From: the human T2T-CHM13v2.0 reference genome, Homo sapiens
Direction: 5' to 3' (one strand)
Assembly (NCBI RefSeq): GCF_009914755.1
Contig: NC_060926.1
DNA length: 64,000 nucleotides
Made by a program: the position numbers and the translations under genes. Below the pieces are notes generated by a model. It saw only the letters and a list, made by a program, of their open reading frames with translations, searched no databases and was not told where the DNA came from. The number at the start of each line of letters is the position of its first letter. The first letter of the stretch is position 1. This document shows, one piece after another, positions 22,071 through 38,568 of this stretch.

Positions 22071-22414
22071 AAACATTTTTTAAAAACTAAAGAATAACTA
22101 AAAACATATTGAAAAATTAAAATTATTCCATATAGAATATACTTAGGCTTGCATAATATAAACTCTAAAACTAAAAAATAAATTGATGTATAAAAGCTAA
22201 AATTTAGATTTTCCACTTACAGTTTGATCTTACAAGATCTTACAAGTCTGAAGAGTTCACTACCTAAGAAATAAAATTTCTCTCCTCCCTCAAGTACATC
22301 TTCCAGAATGCCAATAGACATACCTTCCTAAAACCTAAACCTCACTAAACCTAATCATGTCTCTTCCCCTTTTTAACAACTTAATGTAAAAATGGGAGAA
22401 AAAAGCTTTAATAA

Positions 22415-22729
<315 letters not shown>

Positions 22730-23039
22730 GCAACTTTCTTAATTGCCTATCTAAACCTCACCTTCCAATGTTATTTGCTAGCACTTCCTGCAATACCTGA
22801 ACTTTAAGCCTGCCTGTCCTTTCCCACTTTTTACATCTGGACATACTTCAATTCACTCATCAAAAATTCACTGAAATCTAAACTTTTTAACCAGCTAATA
22901 TTTACTGACTAAATTACCAAGTTTAAGGCCCAGTGCTGTGTTGTAAATATGTAACTCTTAAGATGCAGTCCTTGCCCTCAAAGTTTAACAATCTGGTGAA
23001 ATTCTCCCTAAAACCTTACCCCTCTCAGGGCTACCTTTT

Positions 23040-23215
23040 ACATTAAATCTAATTCTCCGGATGTACTTATCATACTATATAGTAATTATTTACATGACTG
23101 TTTTCCCCTACTAGTCTGCGAACAGAAAGAAAAGTAACCACGTTATTCATCTCTGTAGTTCCAGCACCTAGCAAAATGAATTACCAATAGTAGTTGCTCA
23201 ATGCTGCAATGAATT
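23040..23215 (+). mobile_element. L2 3' end fragment
   Basis: ttcatctctgtagttccagcacctagca...atagtagttgctcaat...tgaat. Confidence 0.6.
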
Positions 23216-23258
23216 GTATACAATATATCAAGAGCAAAAACAAAAAATAACAAAAAAA

Positions 23259-23582
23259 GGCCAGGAGCAGTGGGTAATGCCTGTAATACCAACACTTTGG
23301 GAGGCCAGTGTGAGCGTACCGCTTGAGCCCTGGAGTGTTAAGATCAGCCTGGGCAACATAGTTGAGACCCGGTCTCTACTAAAAATTACACAAATTGGCC
23401 GAACACGGTGGCATGTGTCTGTAGTCCCAGCTACTCGGGAGGCTAAGGCAGAAGGATAGCTTGAGTCTAGAGTTTGAGGCTGCAGTGAGCTACGATTGTA
23501 CCACTGCACTTCAGCGATTGTACCACTGCACTTCAGCCTGGGTGACAGACCAAGACCCTGCATCAAAAAAAAAAAAAAAAAA
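23259..23582 (+). mobile_element. AluJ with internal 22-bp tandem duplication
   Basis: Diverged dimer; cgattgtaccactgcacttcag twice. Confidence 0.92.
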
Positions 23583-23726
23583 CCCCTGCTTGCCAAATGA
23601 AACAAAATGTGACAACACCTTACCATTATATAACCATATTTAAATGAGCCTTCATTTTCATCTACAATATAAGATATATTTATGAATTAATGGTGAATCA
23701 TCTCAACCAACAATAACTCCAAAATA

Positions 23727-23880
23727 GGCTGGGTATAGTGGTTCATGCCTGTAATCTCAACACTTTGGGAGATCAAGGTGAGAGAATCACTTGAGCCCAG
23801 GAGTTGGAGGCTGCAGTGGGCTATGATTGGTCACTGCACTCCAGCCTAGGCAACAGAGTAAGATCTACACACACACACAC
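23727..23880 (+). mobile_element. Alu monomer (FAM-like or arm-recombined) with short (CA)n tail
   Basis: Left-arm head joined to right-arm end. Confidence 0.85.
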
Positions 23881-23914
23881 CCCTCTTAAATATGACCATA
23901 GTCCATTATTTCCC

Positions 23915-24092
23915 CAATAAAGACAATTCTTTACTGGGGAGGGTCCATCCCAAACTTTGCAGATGTTTAGCACTGCTGGCCCTGCAGACTCAATGTCAAT
24001 AGCTCGGTTTAGTCATTATGACAAACCAAAACATACAACACATTGAAAATGCTCCCTAGGTGAATAAGCAGCCCCTGAGGTGAGAACCATTG
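23915..24092. mobile_element. MER20-like hAT DNA transposon
   Basis: gatgtttagca...tgacaaaccaaaa...gagaaccattg resembles reverse MER20. Confidence 0.55.
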
Positions 24093-25133
24093 CTTAGCTT
24101 TGTGGCTCTTTTTGACTTTATTTACAAATAAATCATATATTCCATAGAGAATGCTCGCCATGCATCTCTAAAACAAAAACAAAATGTAAGTAAAATTAAA
24201 ATTGTAGTATGAAATTATTTCCTCAAATACTGGGAACACATTTTATATAGTCAGCCACTCTACCTTAGGGAGATATACATAAGCAAAAAGACTAAAGGCA
24301 GGCTGAAGCAGTAAGGACGAGAAAGAAAATATGGCATCTAAAGTCTACATGCAGATGCCAGAATTAAACAAACTAATTTCTTCAAAAGTAGGATATTCAA
24401 GATGATCTTTTAAAATGTGGGAAGAAATCATAAAGAATCTAACTTTTATTAAGAGAACGAGAAAAATTTGCTAACTACTAATATTTAACACATGGATGAA
24501 GACTGCTGCCACTCATAGGATTGAATATTAGGCTTTTTATGGCAAGCTACCTGGCAGGAAGAGTGTGAATTCCACATTGTAGAGGAGCTCACAGTGGTAT
24601 CCTTACTCACACTGCTCAGAATCATAATTTATGGGTCTACAATGAAGTAGATTTATAAATTATACCATTCTAAGCCAACTTTCATAAAAAATGAGGGGGC
24701 TTTAAAAAGATTCCTTCCAAAAAAAAAACATAGATTAAACATAATACTAGTTAACAGAATCACAAGAAATAACACAAAATGCCAAAGCTGATGCTTTTGC
24801 TGCTAGTTATCAGCCACACTGTGAGGAAAAAATGATGATCTCAGCCAAAAAAATAACTATAAATTTAAGAAGAAACTATTTGAGTTACAGTATTTATTAT
24901 TGTTAACAATCGCCTTAGTTTCTAATTCACTTTGAGAAACTGGCTAATAAGAATATAAAGCATTCACAATTAGCAAAATATCTTAAGACACTGTTTATAT
25001 AATCTTTATCTCATCCTATTTCATTTATATTTATTAGTGTATATCTGACATAAAATACTAGGATATTAGTAAATGTATATAATCCATAAACAAATATACA
25101 TATACTGGTGATCCATGCTCCAAAACATTTTTA

Positions 25134-25965
<832 letters not shown>

Positions 25966-27258
25966 GCTTGGATATAAGAATTAAAAAATTTTAAGGCAAC
26001 AATCAGTGAAAAGACGCTTTAACTCAGGGTCCTAAAGCAAAATAATTCCAAAAAGGTGTGCTAGTCCCTAATTGCAAAGATGGGGGTGGGCACGGTAGAA
26101 TGGAAAGAAGCAAATTTTTAGCAATCTCTAGTAGTTCTTCTATTTACAGTCTGGACTTTATCAGATTTATTTACATTTCAAGAGGAAAATAAGAAGTGTA
26201 AAACAGCACTTTTAAAAGGCTTCTAACTAGCCTTTAGGAATCATTTTTACATTTAAAATTTTTATTTTTTAAACATTTCTTGAGTTGATAAACATATAAC
26301 ATTAAATATGCTTACATTTAATAGTATTTTAAAGCATTCTTATCAGAGTATAAGATCTACATCTCTGTTTCTAGGTTCACTTAAGTAGTATCTGTGAAAA
26401 CATTTTGTCCACAGTGGGCTGACATGAAATAATATCAAATCTCATTGCCTAAAACTTTTGTAGATGTTACTACCTATGAATAAAAATCACATTATAAACA
26501 TTTAAAAGTATAACCATTACACAGAAATGAACAGTTCTTTTCCAACTATTAAGAAAGCTCTTTCGTAAAAGCTTTCTAGGCAAATGAACAACTCTGAAGC
26601 AAATGAAAATTAAGTTCCAGACTCTTTTTTTCTGATCAACAGGCTTCCATTACACACTTACTTCCATTAAAACAGGAGTTGTAATGGGACATGGTAACTA
26701 CAGGTGAAGAGTTATCTCATTCATTTCAGTTGCTGGGTTTCTTGCCAGTTCCCCAGTCTACTTCTGTTTCTATGGCAACAAAGGTAGGATAAGGAAAACA
26801 GAAGGAACACTTTAAGATAACAGCTAAGTGGGGAAAGTCAAAGTATTGAATGGCATATACAGTAATTTAATTTTAAGAAAATAATCTAAAATATAAAAAG
26901 AAGGAAATTGCAGTTCATACAACCTTAAAAATACTCAAAGGGAGGACCTTGCCATTCCAATATTTTTTCCTTGATTGTTTTCATGAAAACATATTTAAAT
27001 TTTACTGATAACTTTTCTAGAAATTTGATTCCACTCCTACTATGGGTGGCCCAAAACTCAAAAAAACAGAAACCAGAAATCACCAAATGTCCAGATTCAT
27101 TTTCCAGCAAAAATCACAGTACTTTAAGTAATGCTTTTTTAAAAATATTCTATCACATTTTGTGATCCTAGTTAGGAATTTACTTTAAACTCTTTCTTTA
27201 AAATAATTGATTCTAACATGGCCCTTTAAGCTAAGCAAAGCAGCTACATTCAAGCTTT

Positions 27259-27502
27259 AGACGAGGCTGGGCAGCAAGGCAAGACGCTATCTCTACAAAA
27301 ATTTTTAAAAGCAGCCAGGCATGATGGTGGGTGCCTGTATTCCCAGCTACTCAAGAGGTTGAGGCGTGAGGATCTGTTGAGCCTGGGAGGTTGAGGCTGC
27401 AGTGAGTCATGGGTGCACCACCAAACTCCAGCCTGGGCAACAGAGTGAGACCTGTCTCAAACAAACAAAAAAACAAAGAAAAAGAAAAAAAAAAGAAATA
27501 AA
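27259..27502 (+). mobile_element. 5'-truncated AluJ
   Basis: End of left arm, linker, right arm, A tail. Confidence 0.88.
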
Positions 27503-27646
27503 CCCATCTGATAATATGAATCTTTCATATAGATATACTGCATATCAATAAATTACATATAACGTGTCTAGAATAGAAGTTTCTTCCGTAGATTTACTAA
27601 GTAATTCTGGGATCATGTTAAGTCTGTAAATATTCAGTATCATGAA

Positions 27647-27787
27647 TTTTATTTATTTATTTATTTATTTTTAGAGACAGGGTCTTGCTATATTGCCCAG
27701 GCTGGTCTTGAACTCCTAGGCTCAAGCCATTCTCCTGCCTCAGCTTCCCAGTGCTGGGATTACAGGCGTGAGCCACTGCACCTGGCC
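27647..27787 (-). mobile_element. FLAM monomer with (TTTA)n tail
   Basis: Single left arm in reverse. Confidence 0.88.
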
Positions 27788-27899
27788 CAATATCATGACT
27801 TTAACAGATCTTTTAAACTGCTTGTTCTTTTTCAAGTTGCTCTATGTTCAAATTATCTTCTTTCCTCTTTCACAACATTCTCATTCTAAAAAGAGACTC

Positions 27900-28260
27900 T
27901 GTCTCTCTCTCAACTCTCACCCACTCACTTTGGTGGAAGCAAGCTGCCATGTCAGACACAGCACCATGGAAATGACCATGTGATCAAGAACTAAGTCCTC
28001 CCACCAACAGAACAGGGACAAGGAAAAAAGGCGTGCCAAGAACTATATGAGCTTGGAAGCAGATCTTCTAGCCCCAGTTGAGCCTTGCAATGACTGCTGC
28101 CCCAACTGACAGCGTGACAGCCACCTCTTGAGAGATCTTAAGCCAAAACCACCTAACTAAGCCACTACGAGATTCCTGAACTACAGAAACTCCAATAACA
28201 AATATGTTTTACCCTGTTAAGTTTTGAAATATTTACTAAACAGAATTAGATAAATTGATA
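27900..28260 (+). mobile_element. MLT1 (E/F-like) MaLR LTR
   Basis: gaagcaagctgccatgt...gagcttggaagcagatc...ccccagttgagcctt...acagaaact. Confidence 0.75.
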
Positions 28261-28828
28261 AAGTATCTTATTCATCTCTTTATTCCCTCTCACCCCAACA
28301 CTGAGTTCCTTGCCTGGAGAAGATACTTAGCAAATAAATGATGAAGCAAAGCCTTAAGATTTGTGATGCAGTTTGGCCAAAACTCATGCCAAATGGGCTT
28401 ACTCTACTGCTAAGGGAAACAAAAATTTAAGCCCCCAACTCCATATGAAAACTAAAGTAATAAAAAGAAAATACATGTTCACTTAATAAAACATATGATA
28501 TGCTAATCTGTACCATCAGAGAACAAAGAGTATGTCCAAAATCTATATTTCCACCTTTAAATCTATCATTATTTTCCTCAGTGATCATGCAAACTTTGAC
28601 CAAATCTCTGTATTTTATCTTTGTAGAATCTGGAATGTACTTCTATGTATTCCATCAGTTGAAATCTTACCCCTCTTAGGATAATGTTCCTGCGAGGAAA
28701 AATTATGGAAGACTTTAACAAAGGGAAAAAAAAGATTATGTCCTATCTAGGGCATCATACCAAGTTATCTGTCCCTTTCACTATCCTTTTTGTTTTGGGG
28801 GTTGTTTTTTGTGGTAAAATACACATAC

Positions 28829-29178
28829 CAGTAGTCCCCACTTATCCACATTTTCACTGTGAGGCTTCAGTTACGAGCAGTTGGCCAACGTCCAAAAATA
28901 TTAAAATGAAAATTTTAGGAATCAACAATTCACAAGTTTTAAATTGTGTGCCATTTTGAGTGGCATGATGAAATTTCATGCCTTCCCCCTCAAACCTGCC
29001 TGGGACACAAATCATCCCTTTGTCCAGCATATCTACTCTATAAACGCTACCTGCCTGTTAGTCACCTAATAGTTGTCTAGTTATTAGATTGACAAAACAT
29101 AGTCATCCACTGGGGGTTAGGCAGCATCCACTGAGTGTCTTGGAACGTATCTCCTCGGGGACAAGGCAGGGACTACTG
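28829..29178. mobile_element. MER44A-like (Tigger-derived) element
   Basis: Terminal inverted repeats cagtagtccc / gggactactg followed by TA; inserted in a reverse L1M fragment (about 28805-29375). Confidence 0.88.
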
Positions 29179-29211
29179 TAATATAAAATTTGCCATTTTT
29201 GCCAGTTTTTT

Positions 29212-29288
29212 AAAAAGCCTACATTCTCCTATCCAAGTACTAACCAGGCCTGTCCCTGCTTTGTTTTAGAAATTAGAGATCGAGCACA
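29212..29288 (-). pseudogene. Retroposed 5S rRNA pseudogene, 5'-truncated with internal deletion
   Basis: aaagcctaca...tctcctatccaagtactaaccaggcc..ccctgctt...gagatcg matches the reverse complement of eukaryotic 5S rRNA; short A tail and degenerate TSD. Confidence 0.9.
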
Positions 29289-29461
29289 TACTTTAACCAT
29301 TTTTAAGTGTACAATTAGCTGGCATTAAGTTCATTCACAATACTGTGCAACCTCCACCACTATCCATTTCCAGGCCTTTCAATTCTCTTTGAACTAAATT
29401 CTCAGACAATAAAAACACTGAACTTCTAATATTCTGCATGTGCATTAAAAAACAAAAAGTC

Positions 29462-29877
<416 letters not shown>

Positions 29878-29973
29878 TTAACCAATCGGACAAGCTAGCA
29901 TTAATCCTTAAAGTTTACAACATGAAACAGATAAATTCTCATGTTCAAGTAAATTGAGTCATTATTTTGACAG

Positions 29974-30272
29974 TTTTTTTTTTTTTCTTGACATGTAATC
30001 TTGTTTTGTTGCCCAGGATGGAGTGCAGTGGCGTGATTATGGCTTGCTGCAGCCTCCGCCTCACAGGCTCCAGGGATCCTCCCAGCTCAGTCTCCCAAGC
30101 GGCTGGGACTACAGGCGCGTGCCAACATACCCAGTGAATTTTTTGTAGTTTTTGTAGAGACAGGGCTTCACCATGTTGCCCAGGCTGGTCTCAAACTCCT
30201 AAGCTCAAGCTGTTTGCCTGCCTTAGCCTCCCAAAGTGCTGGGATTACAGGCCCAAGCCACCGGGCATGGCC
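29974..30272 (-). mobile_element. AluJ
   Basis: Reverse J-type dimer. Confidence 0.92.
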
Positions 30273-30421
30273 CAACAAATTTTTATTTCAACAGTAAGTA
30301 TATTTTGCAGCATGGCAGCTTGAAGATAATTTTCAAATCTTTAGGTAGCCTAAAACCTTGGACTGATATTAAATAATTATTCAATGCGTAATAACTTCTA
30401 AGCAAAATACTGAAACATTGA

Positions 30422-30721
<300 letters not shown>

Positions 30722-30992
30722 TAAACATACACTTTTGTTTCTTGTTTTTATATACTAATGACAAGCTGTTTTAGGTCATGTTAGTGGAAATGTCAATTTT
30801 TGCCACTTTAAGAGGCGAAAAAGAGGTATGCGTGCTGTAAAAAGTGGTGTTGTGTGTGCTCATGAATTCTACTAGTCTGCTAAAATGCTGGTATATGACA
30901 CAGTTCTCAATTATTCACCTCCAACTTTTCTCTGTAAAACAGAAATTAGTCACTTCGACTAAAAGTTACAATTAATATGATTCATTGAAATC

Positions 30993-31390
30993 TGTTATGT
31001 AAGTTTAGCCTAAAGCTGCCTCTTTACATATTTTAAATTCAACCTAGAGGCTTCTCTGTACATTCTGAACTATATCTAACAAGCGGAGGTACTATCAGTC
31101 CATAGCCCACTCTTGTGCCAATCACCCAGTTTTGGCATATCAAATGTGGCCAACTGTTCCAACTGTGTTTAACTAAGGCAAATACCAAGCTGTAACCAAT
31201 CCAGCTATTTCTGTACCTCACTTATGTTTTCTGTATGTCACTTCCTTTTTCTGTCCATAAATCTTCTTCCACCACTTGGCTACGCTGGAGTCTCTGAGCT
31301 TACTCTGGCTTGGGAGGCTGCTTGATTCATGAATTTTCTTTGCTCAATTAAACACTTTAAATAAATTTGGCTGAAGTCTTTCTTTTAACA
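30993..31390 (+). mobile_element. MER57A-like ERV1 solo LTR
   Basis: tgtta..aagtttagcctaaagctgcctc...gctgtaaccaatccagct...attaaa...cttttaaca; TG...CA termini; two CCAAT boxes. Confidence 0.88.
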
Positions 31391-31489
31391 GACTATACCA
31401 GGAGCAACAATGACATGGAATCACAGCTCGGTATGTGCATTTATTTTAAAGGAAAAGGAGTAGTATTGTCCTAAAGAACGGATTCTTGT

Positions 31490-31735
31490 GCATTTTGGTC
31501 TCCTGGCCTCTTTACACTCTTAGGACTTGTTGAAGACTCCAAAAGAGTTTTCATTGTACATAGGTTGTAAGTCTTGATGTTTACCATATTGGAAATTAAG
31601 ACTCAGAACTATTTTAAGCGCTTATTTACTGTTTCATTTGAAGACAACAATGATTAATATATTGCATTTTAGCAAATTTTAGTATTTTTATAAAAATATG
31701 CGTGACACCACAGATCCTGTTAGAAGCACGGCCCT
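31490..31735. mobile_element. hAT-Charlie-type DNA transposon fragment
   Basis: ttttggtctc...tttacactctt...gaagactccaaaagagtttt motif. Confidence 0.5.
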
Positions 31736-31855
31736 AAAGTTTGTTCAAGAATATAAAAGACAATGAAGGACCTAACCTAGAAAGTAAATTTGTCTTGATT
31801 TATAGCAGCTAACATAGAAAAGAAGCTACCAAACATTTTATTTTTGTTTTTTCTC

Positions 31856-32600
31856 CATTTATTTATTTTTTTCTATCTTTTAATTTTTTATTTCCATAGG
31901 GCATTGGGGAACAGGTGAGGTTTGGTTACAAGAGTGGTGATCTGTGAGATTTTGGTGCACCCAACACCTGAGCAGTATACACTGCATACAATTTGTAATC
32001 TTTTATCCCTCAGCCCCACTTCCTACCCTTTCCCCCTGAATCCCCAAAGTCCACTGTGTCATTCTTATGCCTTTGCATCCTCGTATCATAACTTAGCTCC
32101 CACTTATGAGTGAGAACATACGATGTTTGGTTTCCCATTCCTCGGTTACTTCACTTAGAATAATAGTCTCCAATCTTATCCAAGTTGCTGCAAATGCCAT
32201 TAATTCATATCTTTTTCATATAATGACTTCTTTTCCTCTGGGCAGATACTCAGAAGTGGGACTGCTGGATCAAATGGTTGTTCTACTTTTAGATCTTTAA
32301 GGAATCTCCACACTGTTTTCCATAGTGGTTGTACTAGTTTACATTCCTACCAACAGTGTAGAAGTGTTCACTGTTCACCGCATCCATGCCAACATCTATT
32401 ATTTTTTGGCTTTTTGATTATGGCCATTCTTGCATAAGTAAGGTGGTATTGCATTGTGGTTTTGATTTGCATTTCCCTGATCAATAGTGATGTTGAGCAT
32501 TTTTTCATGTTTGTTGGCCACTTGTATATCTTCTTTTGAGAATTGTCTACTCATGTCCTTAGCCCACTTTTTGATGGGATTGTTTTTTTCTTGCAAATTT
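31856..32600 (-). mobile_element. L1PB-like 3' end, internally deleted
   Basis: tttatttccatagg..ttggggaacaggtg; gagattttggtgcacc; reverse ORF2 C-terminus [21 protein letters not shown]. Confidence 0.88.
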
Positions 32601-32807
32601 GAGTATTTAAAATGTTCGAAACATTTTAAAGTTTAGAAAATTTCACTCAACATTGATGGACTTGCTTCCTTAGAATACTAGTTAATTCCTTCATCTTCAA
32701 TGTGAAAGGCTATTCTATACCTTCTGTGTAAAGTGACTAAATAGCAGAAATTCTGTATCCTAACAGAATAACTTTCTGTGCTTATGTTGAGTTCATTATG
32801 TCCTTGA

Positions 32808-33095
<288 letters not shown>

Positions 33096-33335
33096 AGGTT
33101 TTCCCTTCTATGTGTATGTTTATTGTTACTTTGATTAAATAAGTAACCAAAGCTTGTTTCTCAGGCAGCCACGACTCTATCTCAATCAAACCCCAAATAT
33201 CCTAACAACTCTCTATTTGCATTCCCCCAATCAGATCCTAAATACAGAAAAATAAAACTTTCACAATACACTAAATACACTAAACTATCTTTCAGATTTC
33301 CCAGAGTGCCTCAATAAGACCACATAGACGTATTC

Positions 33336-33628
<293 letters not shown>

Positions 33629-33905
33629 GACTTATTCTTTCACCTCATAAAAAAAGAGCTGCTGGAAAGAATTGGGTTTACTTGATATGTTACTCTCATA
33701 AGAATTGCATGGGAACAGTGTCAAATCAAAAGAGATATTTAGCTTTTCCTAGGTTAAGATTATATAGATAACACATTATTAGTACAAATATTTCAGAAAA
33801 CTTATGTTTTATGAGAAATCCCTGGGAATGTGTCAATGTCTTTACTGTCCATTATAATTTCACTCTTGGGGGAAATACTGATCAAAAACTCAAGAAATAA
33901 TTACA

Positions 33906-34460
33906 GACGGGTGTGGTGGCTCACACCTGTAATCCCAACACTTTGGGAAGCCCAGGTGGGTAGATTACAAGGTCAGGAGTTTGAGACCAGCCCGGCCAAA
34001 CAGACCAGCCTGGCCAACATGGTGAAGCCCTGTCTCTACTAAAAATACAAAAATTAGCCAGGCACCTGTAATCCCAGCTACTTGGGAGGCTGAAGGAGTT
34101 GCTTGAACCCGGGAGGCAGAGGTTGCAGTGTGCCAAGATTGAGCCACTGCATTCCAGCCAGGGAGACAAGAGTGAGACTCTGTCACAAAAATAAGTAAAT
34201 AAATAAATAAAATATAGCTGTTAACTGGGTGTGGTGGCAAGAGTGAAACTCTGTCTCATAAATACATACATACATACATACATAAAATATAGCTGTTAAC
34301 TGGGTGTGGTGGCTCATGCCTGTAATTCTAGCACTTTGGGAGGCCAGGGAGGGAGGATCACTTGAGGACCAGCCTGGCCAACATGGCAAAACCCCATCTC
34401 TACTAAAAATACAAAAATTACCTGGGCTTGGGGGCACACGCCTGTAATCCCAGCTACTCA
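33906..34460 (+). mobile_element. Two rearranged tandem Alus with duplicated junction
   Basis: Alu 33906-34213 and partial Alu 34299-34460; ~71-75 bp junction present twice. Confidence 0.9.
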
Positions 34461-34673
34461 ACTTATTGAGCAACTGACGTTTTACCTAGAGTGTCATATT
34501 TGAGAACGATGCTTACTTAAACAGGTACAAGTTACTTTTAAGGAACTAATGTTGACTTTACGAGCCCTCCCTGGAAAACTAGCCTGGTCCCTGTCTTACA
34601 GGGACTCAGCCTTTTAGGTGATAAGGAAGATCACTTTCTGGCAGGCCACACAAACTTAAGAAATCTGAGGGAC

Positions 34674-34980
<307 letters not shown>

Positions 34981-34991
34981 AAGAAATCTGG

Positions 34992-35413
<422 letters not shown>

Positions 35414-36671
35414 TTAAATGTCCTAGCTCCGATTCCTTAGAAAAAGTTCAAAAGTTAATTTTGTAGCTTTAGTAGTTGTACATAGTGCATAGGCTCAAGG
35501 ATACGCACAAGTTAACTCAAGGAAGCCTGTGTAGTTAATATTTTTGCACACCTATGTAAATAAGCCATACCTCATGAGACCGGCCTTTTGGGGGTGATCA
35601 GGAAAAATCTTTAAGATAATTATTGTATGATCACATTGCTACAAAATCTTACCAGAACCATTCCTGCCAAACAATTCAGAAACAAATATAATTCCCTAAC
35701 AAATTTAGGAATATATGATTATCCATAAAAATCAAGAATATACAAATTAAAATAATAATATTCCCACTGTTAAAAAAAAACGAAAAAATATTCTCAACTT
35801 CCAATTGCAAGAGTATACAAAATGATACTAATTCTTCTGAGGGGGATTTTTGTGGATATGTGAAAAGAGCCTTTAAAATCTGAATAACATACATTCACAT
35901 GATCTTGTCCCGAAATCCACCAAACAGGACAAAAAGGACCAAAATTAGTGTGGGAACCAGGGAAAATACCAGTACTCTTTTAATAAGACTGATTCTATAT
36001 GCATATGCCCTAAGAGGGCAAGGTTCACAATTTAGTAAGTAAGAGAATATTCAGAAATGTCCTAACCCATAACTTTCATAGTTGCCGTTTAGAATCATGG
36101 GGGGCCTATAAAAAGAAGTGGGGGGAATCACAGATCTTGGGACACATGTTTGCAGAGCAGAAAATAATCGAGCTACTTTTTTGGCCTCATCGTTTTTATT
36201 TTTCTCAACCTTTCATTAGAGTTGAGGAGACAGCTTTGAAGGTGAGGATCAAATCTGACTAAGCAGACAAAAGCTCTGACTCATCACACAAAACTCATAA
36301 TCCACAGGATTACAGAGAGTCATTCTCTCCCTCCTCCCACTCACATCTTCAGGTGTGCCAAGTTCTCCCTAAAGCAGGGAAACTGCTAAAATCGAAGTTC
36401 CACCCTCACATATAGAACAACAGCAAAGATCTCAAGAGACTCAGAGAAAAAGTTCTAGGAAAAAATATATGTAAACTATACTTCCTGTTGCCTAGCTCTT
36501 CTTGCCTCTTATTCCAAATATTTAAAATGATCAACATCTATACCTGTAGCACAAATCATAAAACAAGGAACCAAAAAAACCCCTTCAACAACACTGAGGT
36601 AAACAAGCATTACCAGTTTCCCAAGCATTTAATAAAATTCAACTTCCTTTCCCGATTTTTAAAAAGTCTAA

Positions 36672-37370
<699 letters not shown>

Positions 37371-37669
37371 CAGTCGGTAGGATGTTTTGGGGAAAACTGG
37401 AGTCTTCTGGAAGAAAAATAAGTTGGGAATCTAAACTTCACTTCTTTCACTTAGACTCCACCATGCATAAAGATTTCAGTTTAAAGCAAGATAAACCTAG
37501 GAGCCATAAATGAAAAAAATGATACACTGGTCTTCTATACCCATATTTCTCGCTATATTGGAAACAACAGTCTAGGGGTAAAAAAATTCCACCATACATA
37601 TCAGAAATGGGAGTAAGAAACAGGAAGAGGAAAGGAGGAAAAGGAGAACTAAAATAGATAACCTAGCAT

Positions 37670-38065
37670 TGGTATGCTAGAGCTTGCTCATAGTGGCTCA
37701 CAAGAGTCAACTGATAATTCTTGGGAATTCTTGAAATCTAGTTGTTAAAAACAATCATTATTAATTAAATTATATAAACTTACAGTCAATAAATTATAAT
37801 AGGGTAATAAACACTCAAAACATTACTTCCTAATTATTTTGCATTTTATTATTTATGCTGTAGGAAGTTATTTACATCTATAGTATGGTTATGATGAAAA
37901 TACTATACAATGATTGTACAACTACATTTCTCAACTTTGTTCAATAGCATTAAGTTGTAGGATTGAAACAGGCCATGGTGGCAGTTTTTACACAAGCAAA
38001 AGACACTACAAATCAAGGCTCTCTTTGCCACATATACAAACCAGTTAATATTTTCCAGAATACCA
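37670..38065. mobile_element. MER63-like hAT transposon
   Basis: ggctcacaagag...aaattatataaacttaca...acttcctaattatttt...ggccatggtgg...actacaaatca. Confidence 0.7.
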
Positions 38066-38194
38066 TAAAATATTCATATTCTTTGACCCAGCAATTCAAG
38101 CTCTAAAAATGAATCCTACAGAAATAACTTAGAATAAAAAAAGCTGAGGGATGTTTGATGATATTTCATCCCATCATATAATAACATAAAGTGA

Positions 38195-38568
<374 letters not shown>

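Noticed and set aside
34587-34605. 8-bp hairpin GTCCCTGT-ctt-ACAGGGAC (similar one at 38704-38725)
   Set aside because: Too short to exceed chance in 64 kb; no RNA gene context.
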